From assembly GCA_000182565.2 (NCBI GenBank), contig KQ257460.1: 64,000 bases of DNA; one strand, written 5' to 3'. The notes beneath the pieces were generated by a model. The model saw only the letters and a list, made by a program, of their open reading frames with translations, was not told where the DNA came from and ran no database searches. The stretch is from Spizellomyces punctatus DAOM BR117. Lineage: Eukaryota. A program made the translations under genes and the position numbers. Of the stretch, positions 21,206-35,363 are shown in pieces (within the stretch, counting starts at the first letter, position 1; every line of letters starts with the position of its first letter).

Positions 21206-24200
21206 ATGGTATGTTATCAATAAGTTTGACGGCCTCTTGGAAACGATGATTGAGGACCCACCTATCTTTAGATACGCTTTGCGGTTCTTAACCCCTTGGT
21301 GGAGGTGGAGCGGGATATCCCAAAAGAGATAAAGGTTGTACCCTCCATGTGGAATTCAAACGACTTGAAAACAAATCTAAAAACAGGCGCGCTGGTTCAA
21401 AAGGTGGAACGAGCTCTTGACACATACAACCGAACGCTCTTACTCTTACAAAGGGGAAGGAAAGCAGAAGCCAAGACGTCCTTTGAAGAGCTCTTAAGTT
21501 GGGATGTACTAAAAGACAAACTTCCTGCGGTGCGGAAAGAAATGGGAAAGTCCGTTCGAAACATTACTTGATATGTTTGTTGTCTTTTATTTAGGCGTCG
21601 GGTGCCCACAGTTCTCCAGCACATGCACTACAGTATGTTGTGTACAAGAACTACGCTGCGTTATTAGAACAGGAAGGAAATTGGGAGCAAGCGCTTTTTC
21701 ATTTTGAGCAGGTGTGACATTTGACTGTTTCGCCTGATTTTTGTTTGAATGCATCATTGATGATGAGTATCATAGGCAGCAAAGATCGATCCCACCGACG
21801 TCTCACTTTGGTGCAGAATTGGGAGTGTAGCGGCGCGCGCAAAGTCCTGGGATACCTCATGCCATGCCTATATGGCTGGTTTGCAACGGGCAGATATATC
21901 CGCCTGTCGCTTCAAATGCTTGGATGGGGTCATCAATGTAAGTTCATGGGATGCGCTCTCCAGACGAATGATGTTGGCTAATTTAGACTTGCTGCAGGCA
22001 CTCTACGAGATTGGTGACTACGGATCCTGCCTAAAGTACCTCAAAGAAGCTTTCGCGATTGATCCTCAGTACCTCCGTGGTCGATGGATCAAGAGGCAAA
22101 TTGTTGGGGAATATCTTGAAGGGCAATCGTTTACCAGGTTAGTTTTATGAAATGACGAGAACCGGTCTTTATCTTCACACTAATATACCATTTTGTATCC
22201 ATATGCATATGTGCAGTGCATTTGAAGAGGACATTGATGCGCATGATATCATTGAGTATCGGCTCAACCCAACCGCTCTGCCAGAACTTGTGGATTCCAC
22301 GATCACCCGATCTCGGGAACCATTGTCGTCTGGTATAGGATTGCACGTCCTATACTCTTACCGACAGTTCGACTAATTGGCCTATGTATACCTATAAGGG
22401 GTTTGCAACGTCGATCATGATTCTATCAAACTGCACCTGAGAGAACTTACGTGGACTGGGCTTGGTGCAATGCTATTGGACACATACCATACATTCTACT
22501 CGTGAGTTCCACTGACTCATCCAGTTTATCGACAGATGGTTTTGGGGAGTTCACCGTCATACCTTTCATAGATCATCCAGTCAAGGACAAAAATTACCCG
22601 AGCAGCATCCATTTCGACTTCATTGCGTGCGAGTTCATATTGCAGTAGATACTGGAAAGGATGGGGTCGACGCTTCTGAATGCCAGGAGTCTGATGCGAT
22701 TGAGGTCATCATAAAAGAAGAAGGAACGAATGTACCCCATGAGCATGAGAACATTGCCCCCGGTCCAGATGAGCAAGTCACCAATGAGAGGAAAAGGAAG
22801 TTAACAGACGGAGATGACTCTAGAAGGTGCTTGCACGCAAGTCATTGTCGTGATGCTAGATGAAGCGCCAATACAACTCATCTATCTTCAAGGATATCTA
22901 AGCGTGTGCGAGACCGAATAGAACAAGAGCAGCAGCAAAAGGCTACAGAGGAAATCGACATCACAGAAGTGATTGATCCATGGCTACCAGATGGCTTTTC
23001 GATTGGCCTAGAAAACACGGACCAAAATCTAGTGACAGATGTTCCGTCCTTCCTCTCCACATTTTGTTCAAAGATCTTGTCGCCCACAACGGGAGCAGAC
23101 CTCCGTCGTAAAAGCAAAAGGTAGTACCAAGTATTCCGATTCATGTTGTTGCGATGTGAGAGTCTCAACGCGGATATGCGGTACCCAGCATACGCAAAGG
23201 ACGCAAAGGATCATTAGTTCCAGCCGCCGATTTGATGAGTACCCCAACGTCATCAGCTGCTTTTGGTCCAAATGCCTTAAAGTCATTCGTCGATTCCGTG
23301 AACTTGCACAATTCTGGTTTAATCGACACCATACGTTTCTTTGTAACATGGGTCATCCTTGGACAAGTTAAGCCGGACCGTGATTTCCAAAGACATTTTA
23401 TGGACACCCAATGGCCAGCAGGGTTGCGAAGTATTGTCCCGTCCCTGTTGCGGATCCTGGAGAAGCATAATGCAGGGGTAATGTTCTGGAGGAATGCATA
23501 CCCATCAGCATTTTACTTGCACGACGGCGATTCGGGAAGATGTCGCGAAGGAGAAGCCAGTGGAGCTATTCTAGAGGTACCTTTTGGGTGCCCGTCTTCA
23601 TTCATCTTGTTTCCTAACGCCAACGGGAATATGTTAACTTTTCTCAGCTGTTGTTGAGTTTGTCGGAAATACTCTGTGATGCCTGGGGGTCGCAACAAGA
23701 AGGGTCTCCAAGTACCTCAATGTACGATTGGATACACGATGACTGCAGTGATGGGGAGGGTGAAGATGGGAATCCCTTACACCCACATTCCTTTCCGCAA
23801 ATACTACACCGTATCATGGACTCACTGGTGGATGTATTGGGTATCATTGATGAGGACCGTGACCAGGATTCGTTGAGTTTTGTAAGGTAATATTGATCAA
23901 TCATGGATTGGGCCGATTGTTATGCTAAATCTTCGCGTGTGAATCTTCAGATATTTGTGGTTGAAAGCACGGATACACGAGTACCGGCATGAATATGATA
24001 TGGCAGCTCAAACATATAAACAGTGCGGCGAGGCTCTTGGTTGCCATAACTTTGAAGGCTTCTCTGTGAGCCTTAAGAATTGGTAAGATTATTCGATGAT
24101 ATAATATTTGCGCTATTCAATTATTGAAATGTGTTCGCGGTTCAAGCATAACGGACAATGAGATTAGCCAAAAATCTTTGGAATGGAAACGTTTGGCACT

Positions 24201-27200
24201 TGAGGCCCGTCAATATGTCCTGGAGGCCGATGCACAGTTCGCTCAAACGAATTATGAAGCCGTCATTGAGCGCCTTAAACCGGTCCTGTTAGAAGCAGCA
24301 GTCGCTTCTGGACTTTCGCCATGTGATACAATTATGCCGGATGACAGTCGAGAAGCATCCGAGCGACAAGAAGCAACCCAGATTGCAAGAAAATTTGTTT
24401 TCTACGATTGCGGCTTTGGAAAGCGGTATCAACTTTTTGACTTTTTGCGACAGGTAGCCAGTTCGCAGTTGGCATAGTTTTCTACATCAGGCTGTTGATT
24501 AATAGCTTTAAGGCTTTTCTGCACGTCAATGATCCCCAAAGCGCATTTGCTTGCACCGCGCACCTTTTGGTAGATGCTGTGCGTAATTCCTCTGCGGCCT
24601 CTGATTTCGAACTCCATCTTGAACGAGTGAGTGTCGGCATATTGGCTACCATACAACCACGCTACTTAATCACCCTTGTGCATAGCTATCAACTCTTCTT
24701 GGGGACGTTATAACGTATTTGCAAACATCATCAATGAGGACGGAATGGGTTCAGCTGCTTGAGGCATATCAGGGTCATGCATCAGGCACTGAGCCAGCTC
24801 GGAATCTCTTTCAAAATTTTCTTTTGGGCGTCTTCTTATGTGTGAGAATGTGCTGGGTAGCCATGAGACATTACAAGGAACTACCAACCTTATCTAGGAG
24901 GTCCGCCATAGCACATCGGATTAAGGCGTTGAACATTTTCGTTGTGAGAAGTTGGATTCTGTTGTATTACGTAGTGCAGGCGCTTCATTCCTCGCCAACT
25001 CGGATGGCACTGGATTCCAAGGAGGAGAAGAAGAAGACTCAAACGCCAACCGAGGAAAATGTACCTTCAACGACGCCTATGGACTTAGATGCGAAGAATG
25101 CTTTGCAACAGGAAAACATTGTTGATCGCGAGGCTACGAACGATAGTGTGACTGATGTGACTGTAGAAGGAATAGATCAGCTAGCGGATCTATTGATAGT
25201 TGCCCACCGTGAACTTGGGGAACTCTCTCTGTGCGGCCTTGATAACGGTACGTCTGGTGGGGCTTTGCGATGTAAGCACCAATTATCCTAATGAATGCAT
25301 TACAGGCGCATTCTTGAGACTCATTCTCCAACACATTGGCAAAGCATCTCGTGACTCATACCAGGCTGAGTTGTATCAATGCTATCACTGTCTGTACGGT
25401 ATAAAGGTAAGACGTCCTGATTTACTGTTTGTGCATTTTGTGTACCAAGTTTATTGACTCTACTGTAAGGTGGAACACGACAGTGATATCGAGGATCATC
25501 ACACGATCACGCTGCCTTTTGAGCGCGAAGCTGCTTCTGAAGTGTTTTCAACTGTTTCGCACTATGTTCTGACTAAATTAGCGCTACGCGGAAACCGCGG
25601 CATTCCAGCCGACATTAAGCAATGCCTGGATAAAGTCACAGAAGTGTACAGCGAACCTCCTTGGAACAATGGTCAGTATGACTTTGTCTTGTGGATCTAA
25701 CATTTCACACTTGTCTCACGCTTCAGTATGCATAGCTCGGGTTGCAGTCAACAAAGAGACGATTGATCGGCTGCTTGAGCGACCAATAGATGTAAGCGAC
25801 ATGGCGCCCGATCGAAGTGCCCTCGCAACAGTCACATTCACGGAAGGCGAGCGTAAAAAGATTTCCGGTGAGAGACATTTGAAATATCTTGCTGGTTTAC
25901 TGCAGACACTTATCATAGTATATATCATCCACCTGTAGATATTTATTTTACCCTGTATTATTTGCAAGGCAAAATTATGTGGACTCAATATAAAACTCGT
26001 AGCCTTGCTCAAACGGTTGATTTCCACAAAATGATTGCTCCTTTGAAGGGTGCAACCGTACAGTACCTAGTACGTGACATTGCCACGCAACACAAACATA
26101 CTACGAGATGGCTGATTTGACATGTTCCTAGTTCAATCTATATCTGAATCCGCGTCGCTGCGATAGTTGGATATCTCTAGCACAATGCTATTCTTCGCTG
26201 GCCAATGAGCACCTGGGACGCAATGCCATAACGATCGTAGACAACTTTGGGAAAATTCGTCTTTGGCAGCAGGTAAGATCGGTGCTTTAGTAATCTAGAG
26301 TTAATATTTTACTGATGTTATTTTGCTTTCTATAGAAAGCGTACCATTGCTACGTCCAGGCTAGTCACCTAGCCCGATCATCAACGGCGTCGGATTTAGG
26401 AACAACCTTGTGGGGTGACTTTGGGTACCTTTGTCATGCGATCGCGACGAAGCCTATGGCAGGAGCTGCGTTGTCATCGTACTTGCTCAAGATACGAGAT
26501 CTTTGGTCGCGCAGATGGAGTGAATCCAAGCGATCATCTCCAAATAGCGTGGAAGTCGAAAGTCATCTTGCAGCAGGGGTTGGGCAAATCAAGAGCACCG
26601 AAGATCACGGGGCGGATGCGAGAAAAGCTCCAATGCTTCAGTTGGCAGCTTATTGCTTCCGCAAAGCCGCGGCATTGGAGAAAACGGATTGGCGTTACCC
26701 GTTCATGCTTGCGAACATTTACGCTAAACTTCGCAAGAATCCGGCGGTACGATTGGTTGTAGATTTACGTTTACGTTGTTGCCTTCTTAGATCTTTCATG
26801 CTTCTAGGTGATCATAAAATTGTATAGAAGAGCAGTCGCTTTGGTACCCGAAGAGTGGGTGACCAAGGAGCAGGTACCTTGTATTTGTTGTGGGATGCTC
26901 ACAAGACTATGCTGAACTCTCTCGGAAATGCATAGGAAAGGATTTTGGATCCCATGATCAAGCTGGCCGGCTATCTCAGCAAGGCCTTGCACCAAGGGAT
27001 AATACAAGTATGTCAGATGATTGTGGTCCTTTGACCTATGTTGTCCCATAAACACTCTCATTCTTTTGACATATACAGCCGGAAGAAGCGTTGGCTGCCT
27101 TGACGGATCTCCCAGACTCAACTGGATCACTTCCTGGCTCCCCTGTTCGCAGGAATAGCAGTACTCCGGGAACAGATATCAGTCTTCCCACATGGAAATG

Positions 27201-28558
27201 CTCCGCAACCAACACCGAAATGGATGAAGCGCGTGCGCAAGCATTTGAGCGGATTTGCATAGTTTTGATTCGGATGAAGGTTATTGACAAGAAGAAGTGG
27301 CAGCACAAACCGAGGTCCAAGGTACTGAGGAACATGACAGTTTTCCTTTACCTCCATGGCCGATAACCAGTTGTGTCGACAACAGCTTGCTTGGATATAT
27401 TACCATGTATATAGGGATACGGAGCGGGCGAAAGGGGAGTTGAGTGCCTTATTTAGGAAGGATGACAAGTCAAAAGGATTTGTAAATTTTTGGAAACCCG
27501 AGTTTGAGAGGTAACAATTTTTTGGCAGTAATAGTCCCGGATCAACGCTTATCTCACGATATTAGGCCTGGCAAGCACTTCATTTGGGTACACAAGTATA
27601 CCATGTTTATGATCGACCTTCTTAAAGAAACGTCGGACATCGACGGTTTGAGAAGAATATGTCGGAAGGTTCGCAAAGCGGATGATGTGCTACTTTGGCC
27701 GGACAAGATTTGGAAGCATGCGTATAGCTCCTGCTTTGAAGTAAGTCATTGTCCGACCTTGTACTGGGAGCGTCTTCTAAGTTCCCTGGATCAGGCGCTT
27801 GTGGCAACGGTCAAGGGCGAGCGAAGCACCCCTCTTTCAGGAACAATGTCTAAACAAGAATTTGACGAACGGGCCCCAGAAGTCGAAGAGCGCATGTTTG
27901 CAGCTGCAGATCCCAAGCCTCCTCGCTTAGTCAATATGCTCTGCGCTTTTGATCTAAAAAAACTGGATGAAGGCTTTATGGACGAGGAGGAGCTGAATCT
28001 TCTGCTTGTTGACATATATAGCTCCCTTTTTTCCGAATTCAGTGGGAAGTCTAAACACTCTGAGAGATCTCAGGATGACATTATGGGGCATGCTTCAATG
28101 CAAGTCGAAACCACAAAGGACGGCACAACTAGCGCAGCTGATGAGACGGTACCTGCAGGCGGTGTGCAGCTAAATGGCGATGGGCTCGTCGATACCACAA
28201 TATCTGGGAGTCCATCGGGCAATCCTGTAGAGACCGCACCTCACACCCAGGCGCTAGAGAAGGTGAAGTTCTCTCACGTGTTGCAGCGGGTACTTTCAGT
28301 GTGCAAGAATCCGCCCCAGGTGAGATATTTCTGCCATTTGCGTCAAGGTGAAAACCTCTCTCAAGACCAAGCTATGTCTAGATTCGACAAGAAGCTCCGC
28401 CACAAATTTCCGCAACGTCTGGAGATGTGATAGCGCAAGGGGCGACGAGTCCCCCGAACGCTAATCTGTTGATTACGGTTGATGCCAGCTCACCTGGCAC
28501 GGTACCTAATGAGACAGAATCTGCAATTGATGCACCAGTACCGGTAGATGAAGATTAA
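21206..28558 (+). CDS. HIR3: Histone chaperone HIR complex subunit Hir3/Cabin1 (TPR-rich, many exons)
   Basis: N-terminus M|IRFAVLNP (Cabin1-like); LQYVVYKNYA TPR region; C-terminal DKKKWQHKP and FWKPEFERPGKHF motifs typical of Hir3. Confidence 0.85.
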
Positions 28559-28646
28559 ATGGTCATTTACTCTATGGTACACCGTGTATCGCTTTTTGGT
28601 ATTTTAAATAAACGCTCCTTTTGTCTCTTGGGTTCCTTGTTTAGTT

Positions 28647-30770
28647 TCATTGTCGTTTCTCGTTGTGATCTTCTTCTGGCATATCTGAATTTTGATAGGC
28701 CCCATCAGGCTTCTGGTAAGGACATCTGGCCAAGCGGGGGACACTTACTTCCAAAAATAGGTCGTGGTTGAACGCTGGAGACACGTCGATGTCTTCGCGT
28801 GGAAGGAGCCATTCAAGGAACAGCCAGATTAGATAGTCTAATGCTACAATCATGCAAGCAAGGATTCCGGCATACACGCCGCATTCATGATATCTGGGCA
28901 AAAGTAAGCATCAATTAGCTGTAGATGCCTCTCCCTCCTTACAACACGACAAACCTCTGCAGTCGTTCAACCAGCGAAAGATGTGGGTCTGTCATAATAG
29001 TGTCGTAAACCTGATGATACGGTCGTATGAGTTTTTCATTCCGACAGGAGATCATCACAGAACTAGAGAAAACAACAGACCATCTCCGTTCGTTCAGCAA
29101 CATCGCTCCAATTGTACATGTCTTTGACCCTCTGATGAAAGCGTAGCGGGTTTGGCGCGTCAGTTCGTATGGTCTCAATGGCTCTCGAAAGAGATGACAC
29201 CAGGTCTTGATCCAGGGTATTACACCGGTCAGGCTGAGAATGTTAACGTGTTGTCCAAATGGCACCCACCTTTCTCATCCGGTTCAGCAAACAGTACCAT
29301 ATCTTCAGGTAAAACCTCAGGCACTCCCCCAACACGTGTACTGACAACAAGCAAGCTGTACATTATGAGCAGGTCTTAGAACCGCCATACTTCGTAGTGC
29401 TCTGTAGGGAAACGTACCCGCAACATGCTGCTTCCACGATCGCAATGCAAAATGCTTCGGTCAAGGAAGTGTTTAGAAAAATATGACCTCGCACAAGTAC
29501 CTGAAGCCATGCATAATTCAATTAGCACCTATCAAAACTGGCATACGTTCCTGGTTCCTTACGTCTCTCACGCGTGCATGATCGACTGCACCCAATAATT
29601 TGACACGGTCTTGCAAGCCATACTTGTCCTGCATTTGTTCCAAATCTGTTCGTTTTGGCCCATCCCCGGCTTGGTCACGCCCAAGTCAACATTTGGTGAG
29701 CCAAGGCCATCAGAGACGTCCGCCGATGCCAAATTGATCGCTTACCGATTAGAAAGTTGACGTCTTCAAATTGGGCACATATGCAAGGAATTACCGCCAC
29801 CATTAGGTCTACCCCTTTACGATAGACGAGCCGACTGGCTATTACTATTGTGACTAGTAAATGGTAAGAAACCTGCATATTGGAATGGCTACAAGAGAGT
29901 GATCACTCACTTTTCCCCGCCTCTCGTGCTGACGAATTTGGCCGGAAGTCTGCCGCAACGACAGCATTAGGAATAACTGACACCTGCAGGGGATCGAGGG
30001 AGGCCCGAAGTACGGTATTCTCTTTACTGGGTCTCAATATATGAGCATAGGGCATGTAAATGATCTATTCGCTTTTCCAGTCTTTACCTGGTGTGGGAGA
30101 CACAAATGACATGATCGATATCAGACAGCGTGAATTTCAGTAACTTGTTGGTCAAGATGCTACTTGCATCCTCGAACCCGAACAAAGAGTGATCTGTGAA
30201 ACAGGCGCGGAGACCCATAGTTCTTGCATGCAGAATAGCTTCATGACACATGGACGAGAAAGCCTAAGCAAGATGCTTAATGATTGAACCATCCCCTTCA
30301 CTATGGTGCCACAAACACATAGTGCAGTATCGTACCCCATGTCCGTGAACGACGTCGATACGCTCTCTGACCACAATGTATCGAAAGAGCGGAAAAAGCG
30401 AATACACAGTTGGAAGGGACACTTGGTCATAGACCAGCCAATGGGGGATATGATAAACTTTTACTCCTGACGTAAGGTATCGTACACCCGCCCGTCGTCC
30501 ATAGTTGTGCGTAACGACGATAACCTGCGAAGAAAGCCATTCGGTTACCACCTATGCCAACAGATGCAGCCTAGTTTATTACCCCAATGTACCTTATGAC
30601 CCCTTCGCACCAAGCGCTGTGACAAGTGATAAATGTGCGCTTCTACTCCACCCATATTGGGATAAAAGAAGTCCGACACCATACTGTGGAAAAGGAGGCG
30701 AGAGACTATTGAATACGAGAAGCTGGGAAGACAAAGATGTCTATAACTACCATATATTGAGACGCCTCAT
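28647..30770 (-). CDS. GPI3: GPI-GlcNAc transferase catalytic subunit PIG-A/Gpi3
   Basis: [50 protein letters not shown] and [13 protein letters not shown] motifs across exons; C-terminal TM. Confidence 0.95.
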
Positions 30771-30948
30771 GTCCCTGCATCCCTATGACTTTTTCGCAGC
30801 ACCGGTCTTGTAAGTCAAATGCGACGTCTCATCAACAGTCGGATGGCCGATCTCGCAAAAACATAAAGTGGAAACGGACGCGACCAAGGGTGTGTTGGCT
30901 TAGTACTGCTGCGCACAACATTTAAACATTTGCACTGCCACTCGAGTC

Positions 30949-33117
30949 ATGGAAGGTCGCGCTGAGCAAAACAGTTGTGCCTCGTTTCTACTGGAAGACA
31001 TTTTACTCTTCACCACGGCGATGGGCACAGCGGTTGACCTTCATCAGTCAACGTCACTCTTTGAGGAGGTGAAAAGCTTTACTGCACCTCTAGACGTAAT
31101 GACGAGCGACAACGGAGGGAACGAGGGCCAATCGAAGGCGGAGGGTAACAGCAAGGAAGTTATGAATTCTGGTATGGAACCTTAGGCATAATCTAATGAA
31201 ATAATGCAGAGGAACACTGGGATAACCTGTTCTTCCGTCGACTGTCATTGTAAAAGTTCCTGGTTCTGTTGTGGCAGAAGCGTCAAAGCCCGCCGGTCCC
31301 GTTATCAAGCCTCGTACCACCAGTCTAAAGTCACAACCCGAAGAGCCCGTACGAAGTACTTCACCGGAACCAACTTCCTGGACCGCATTTATCAGGAATC
31401 GAGCCAGCCTTCTGGGCCTCGGTAGCTCGAACGACCGAAAATATGACATCAGCTCAGAGTCGGATGATGATTTAGGGTATCCAGGTCTTACCTCACCTTC
31501 ACGGCGCAGACACGAAAAGGGTAACCACACTGAGAGGATTCTCTCTGATCTTGACGAGGAGTCAGTCGAATTTCTGCTGTCAAGGCTAGATATTGAAAAT
31601 CAAGCGCTGGCGCTGAATCCCAAGACCATCTATGTTGAAGGAGGGAACATTCGGGGACACCAGCCTACGCTACAGGCTCTAACAGTAAGCCTAACCCACT
31701 ATTCAACAAAACCCCCTGGTCCAGCTCAAGAACAAGATGAAGCCGATATCGATTTTTGGAACTCTATCATCGAAGATTATGCGTCCACCTTACATAAGAT
31801 ACCGCACTTACTCACGGCAAGAGTGCGTGCTGGCATACCTCCACATTTACGAGCAAAGATCTGGACCATCATGTCCGGAGCACAAAAGGACCGCTTCGAT
31901 TCCTTATATCCATTACTCTTGAAGCAGGATAGTCCTTTCGACAGAATCATAAGACGGGATATCCCGAGGACATTTCCAAAATTAGACATGTTCAAAGAGG
32001 AAGGGGGCGAGGGACAGCGGAAGCTTTACCAGCTTTTGAAAGCTTATAGTATCTACGACGCCGAAGTAGGATATTGTCAAGGCCTCAGCTTCGTTGTTGG
32101 ACCACTACTGATGCAAGATGTAAGACCGTGTGCTTGAATGGATGCCTTGCAGCAGATTTTTCATGGGAAACTAATCCAGAAAGCGGAACTAAACAGATGT
32201 CGGAAACCGAAGCTTTTGCGGTTTTGGTACGGCTAATGGAAGACAAACCACCTGCGGCTAAATCTGCAAGCAATGGCAACCATCACCCTCACCGTGCTTA
32301 CGCCCTTCGGACACTGTTTACCCCAGATATGTCTGGCTTACATCAAATGCTGTATCAACATTCCGAGTTAGTGCGGGAGCATCTTCCTGATCTGTATGGG
32401 CACTTCCAAGAGCATGGCGTTACCGCAACCATGTACGCCTCACAATGGTTCCTCACACTTTATACATATCATTTCCCGCTTCCTTTGGTATTCCGGATTT
32501 TTGATATTATCTTTGCGGAGGGGGCCGTTGAAACAATGCTCCGATTCAGTATAGCCATTCTGAAGCGGAATCAGTTGCGGCTTCTTGAGGAGTCCGAATT
32601 CGAGAACATTTTGGAGATTCTCAAAGGAGATAGACTTTACGAAGTCTATCAGGACGATCCAGAAGCGGTGGTCAGAGATGCCATGGAGGTACAAGACATC
32701 GTCAGTGAGAGGAAGCTGGAAGGTCTCCGTCAAAGGTAGGGCGATGATCGAGTTTCTAAGCCGCTGGAATTTGCTCACTCCAAACATTTTAGCTACACCG
32801 AAGAACAGCGCAAAAGGGCGGCAACGATGTCGGATGCAGAGTTAGTGGCTCTTCAAGCCTTGATAAGGCAGCTTCGCGCCGAGACTTCGCGCCACCAGCA
32901 GTCATTAACTGAAATGGGTAGGGAAAATGACCGCCTTTCAAAGGACAATCAAAACCTGCGAGCAAAGTTGGTAGAGGCAGAGAAGGGGATTGAGGAGAAG
33001 GAGGAGGAATGCAAGCAGCTAAGGCTCAGGCTGAAAGAGCTGGAATCAACAGTCAATCCGCCTCAGGATTCTGATGTGACCAACGATGCACCGATTGAAA
33101 GTAGCGATAGCGCATAA
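30949..33117 (+). CDS. TBC-domain Rab GAP (Gyp5/EVI5-like) with C-terminal coiled coil
   Basis: GIPPHLRAKIW, IRRDIPRTFP, GYCQGLSF, MYASQWFLTLY; start and first intron (31172-31277) inferred. Confidence 0.9.
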
Positions 33118-33606
33118 GGGGGCTCGAGCATAGTCCTGGACGCTTTTTGGTTTGTGTACATAGCATGTCTTTATATATCACTCGAGCACGGTAGCTGTGT
33201 TCATCAGTTTTTTTCCTCTAAATTACCTTTGACACTGCAGCGACAGGAGTACGGATCCATCTCATGGTATATCCATCGCGAGAATATGGGATCATTAATG
33301 ATATAAGGATGCAATTGACCTTAACTATCTAAAGCAGTTCGCCTCATAGATGGCAATTCCACATACTTGCAATGTCATAAGATATCCCGCTCGACTTCAA
33401 GCAAAGACCAGAAATCATACCAATCAATGGGTGATGCGAGAACTCTCCATTCCGTTGGCAAGACTCGGAATCCGTTGGGATGCACCTAAATATTTTAGTA
33501 ACTTGGAGCTTCATCTTATTATTTCCTCCGCGCCAGCCTAAGCACCGCGTGCTGGGACTCGGTTTCCTGTTTGGCGGTTGGCGATCAAAACACTGATCCC
33601 CATGCC

Positions 33607-35049
33607 ATGGCCAAGCAAATGAAGGCACCTCCGGGGGAAACAAGCACGACAGCAACCACAAGTACCCTAAGCAAAGTGTTCCTACGGGAATGGGTTCTAG
33701 TCGGCATGCTAATTTTCGGGGGTTGCTGCTCCAATGTCTACACGTTGGAGTTGCTGGTAACGTATGTAGCGTGTTGCATTTTAACCCCGTTACTTCTCAA
33801 TTCGCATGTGAAGTTTTCTGCGTCCATATCCTAATGCGCTACCTGGTCCGTTAATTTAGTCATGCACCCAAGAGTGGACACTTGATCACATTGGCGCAAT
33901 TCCTTGTTGTGGCCGTAGAAGGTTTCCTCTCGAACCTTGAGTGGGGCTGGGGGCCAGCTCTTGGACATGCATCTGGTCCAAAGTCTTTCCTTCCTCTTCG
34001 GCTGAAGGAGAGGAAGATTCCAATCCGCTACTGGATCGGAATGGTCGTGTTATTTTGGACAGTATCGGTACTGAACAATGCCTCCCTCGGATACAATATT
34101 GCGATGCCGTTACACATTATCTTTCGATCGGGCTCCCTGTTCGTTAGCATGGTTTTCAGCTGGTTATTTTTTGGAAAGATGTGAGTACCAACAATGGTCA
34201 AGTTCGCAGTTGTGCTCAGATTGATTGTCGTGCCAGATTTTCTCGGCAACAGATATTAGGAGTACTGCTTGTTTCCGTTGGTGTCGTGATATCTACCTAC
34301 AATTCCGCGGGCACGGGAGAATCAACCAGTCAACCATTTCGTCAATGGCTCACTGGCATTGGGCTATTGACTCTCGCCCTCGTCTTGGCCTGTCTCCTCG
34401 GTCAGTTACAACAGCTCACTTACACCAAATTTGGAAGGCATTGGCGAGAAGGTCTCTTCTATACCCACTTCCTCGGCATGCCTGCTTTCCTCCTGTTTTA
34501 CGATGATATACGAACCCAGATAATTGAATATAACAGCTCCCCCCTTGTATCCTTGATAGAGGCAGTGGAACCTTTCTTGGTAACCTGGCTTCCCTCGAGC
34601 GTATGGACCGCGTTAAATAGGGGACCATGGCTTCAAGTCCGTCTGCCCAGCATGTGGCTTTATCTGTTGTTGAATACTGCAACGCAATGTAAGGTTGAGT
34701 AATCAAAAATTCCGATCTCAACAATAGTCTAATTAGTCGCCCCTTGTTGGACAGACGTGTGCATTTCAGGAGTACATCGTTTAAGTTCTATGGCTAGCTC
34801 CGTGACGCTCAACATGGTATGTGGTAGCGGATCTTCCGTTATGACAATGTTCCTACATCTGATTCACCACATCCATAGATCTTGAGCGTCCGGAAATTTG
34901 TGAGTCTCCTGCTTTCCATACTCTTATTTAACAATCACTTCTCAATAGGCCATTGGTTTGGAGCAGCTGCTGTGTTCATAGGGACAGCTATTTATAGTGG
35001 AATAGGCGGATCCCCCAATACTACCACCGTAAAAGTAAAATCTAAATAA
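33607..35049 (+). CDS. YEA4: UDP-GlcNAc/UDP-xylose nucleotide-sugar transporter (YEA4/SLC35B4)
   Basis: IFGGCCSNV, LITLAQF, MPLHIIFRSGSL, WREGLFYTHFL, RKFVSL; C-terminal KVKSK dilysine ER-retrieval-like signal. Confidence 0.9.
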
Positions 35050-35363
35050 TAGACTACTTTAGACATCCTCGCAGTCTTGGTGTATCCGACAATATCATGG
35101 CCCCCCCAGCAAAATATTGACGATCTGTATAATGCCGTATAAAGGCGCATATGCGAAGACTCTAAGAAAAAGGTTCAGGACTTCGATGCGCATATCAGGG
35201 CCTTGAAAAGGGCATGCGAACCGATGATGCCGCAATTTGAATAATCAGCCCAAAGTTTCTTCACCGAATGAGCCGTAGCGGGTATTTAAATAGCGCGTTT
35301 TCTTTCAGCAGAATCTATATACAGGGTGATGTGGAGGTAAAGGAGCTGTGAAGAGTGGGAGAT

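Noticed and set aside
30684..30770. Suspected non-canonical donor in GPI3 intron 1
   Set aside because: Re-reading gives a canonical TG|GTAGTT donor yielding NICMVSDFF
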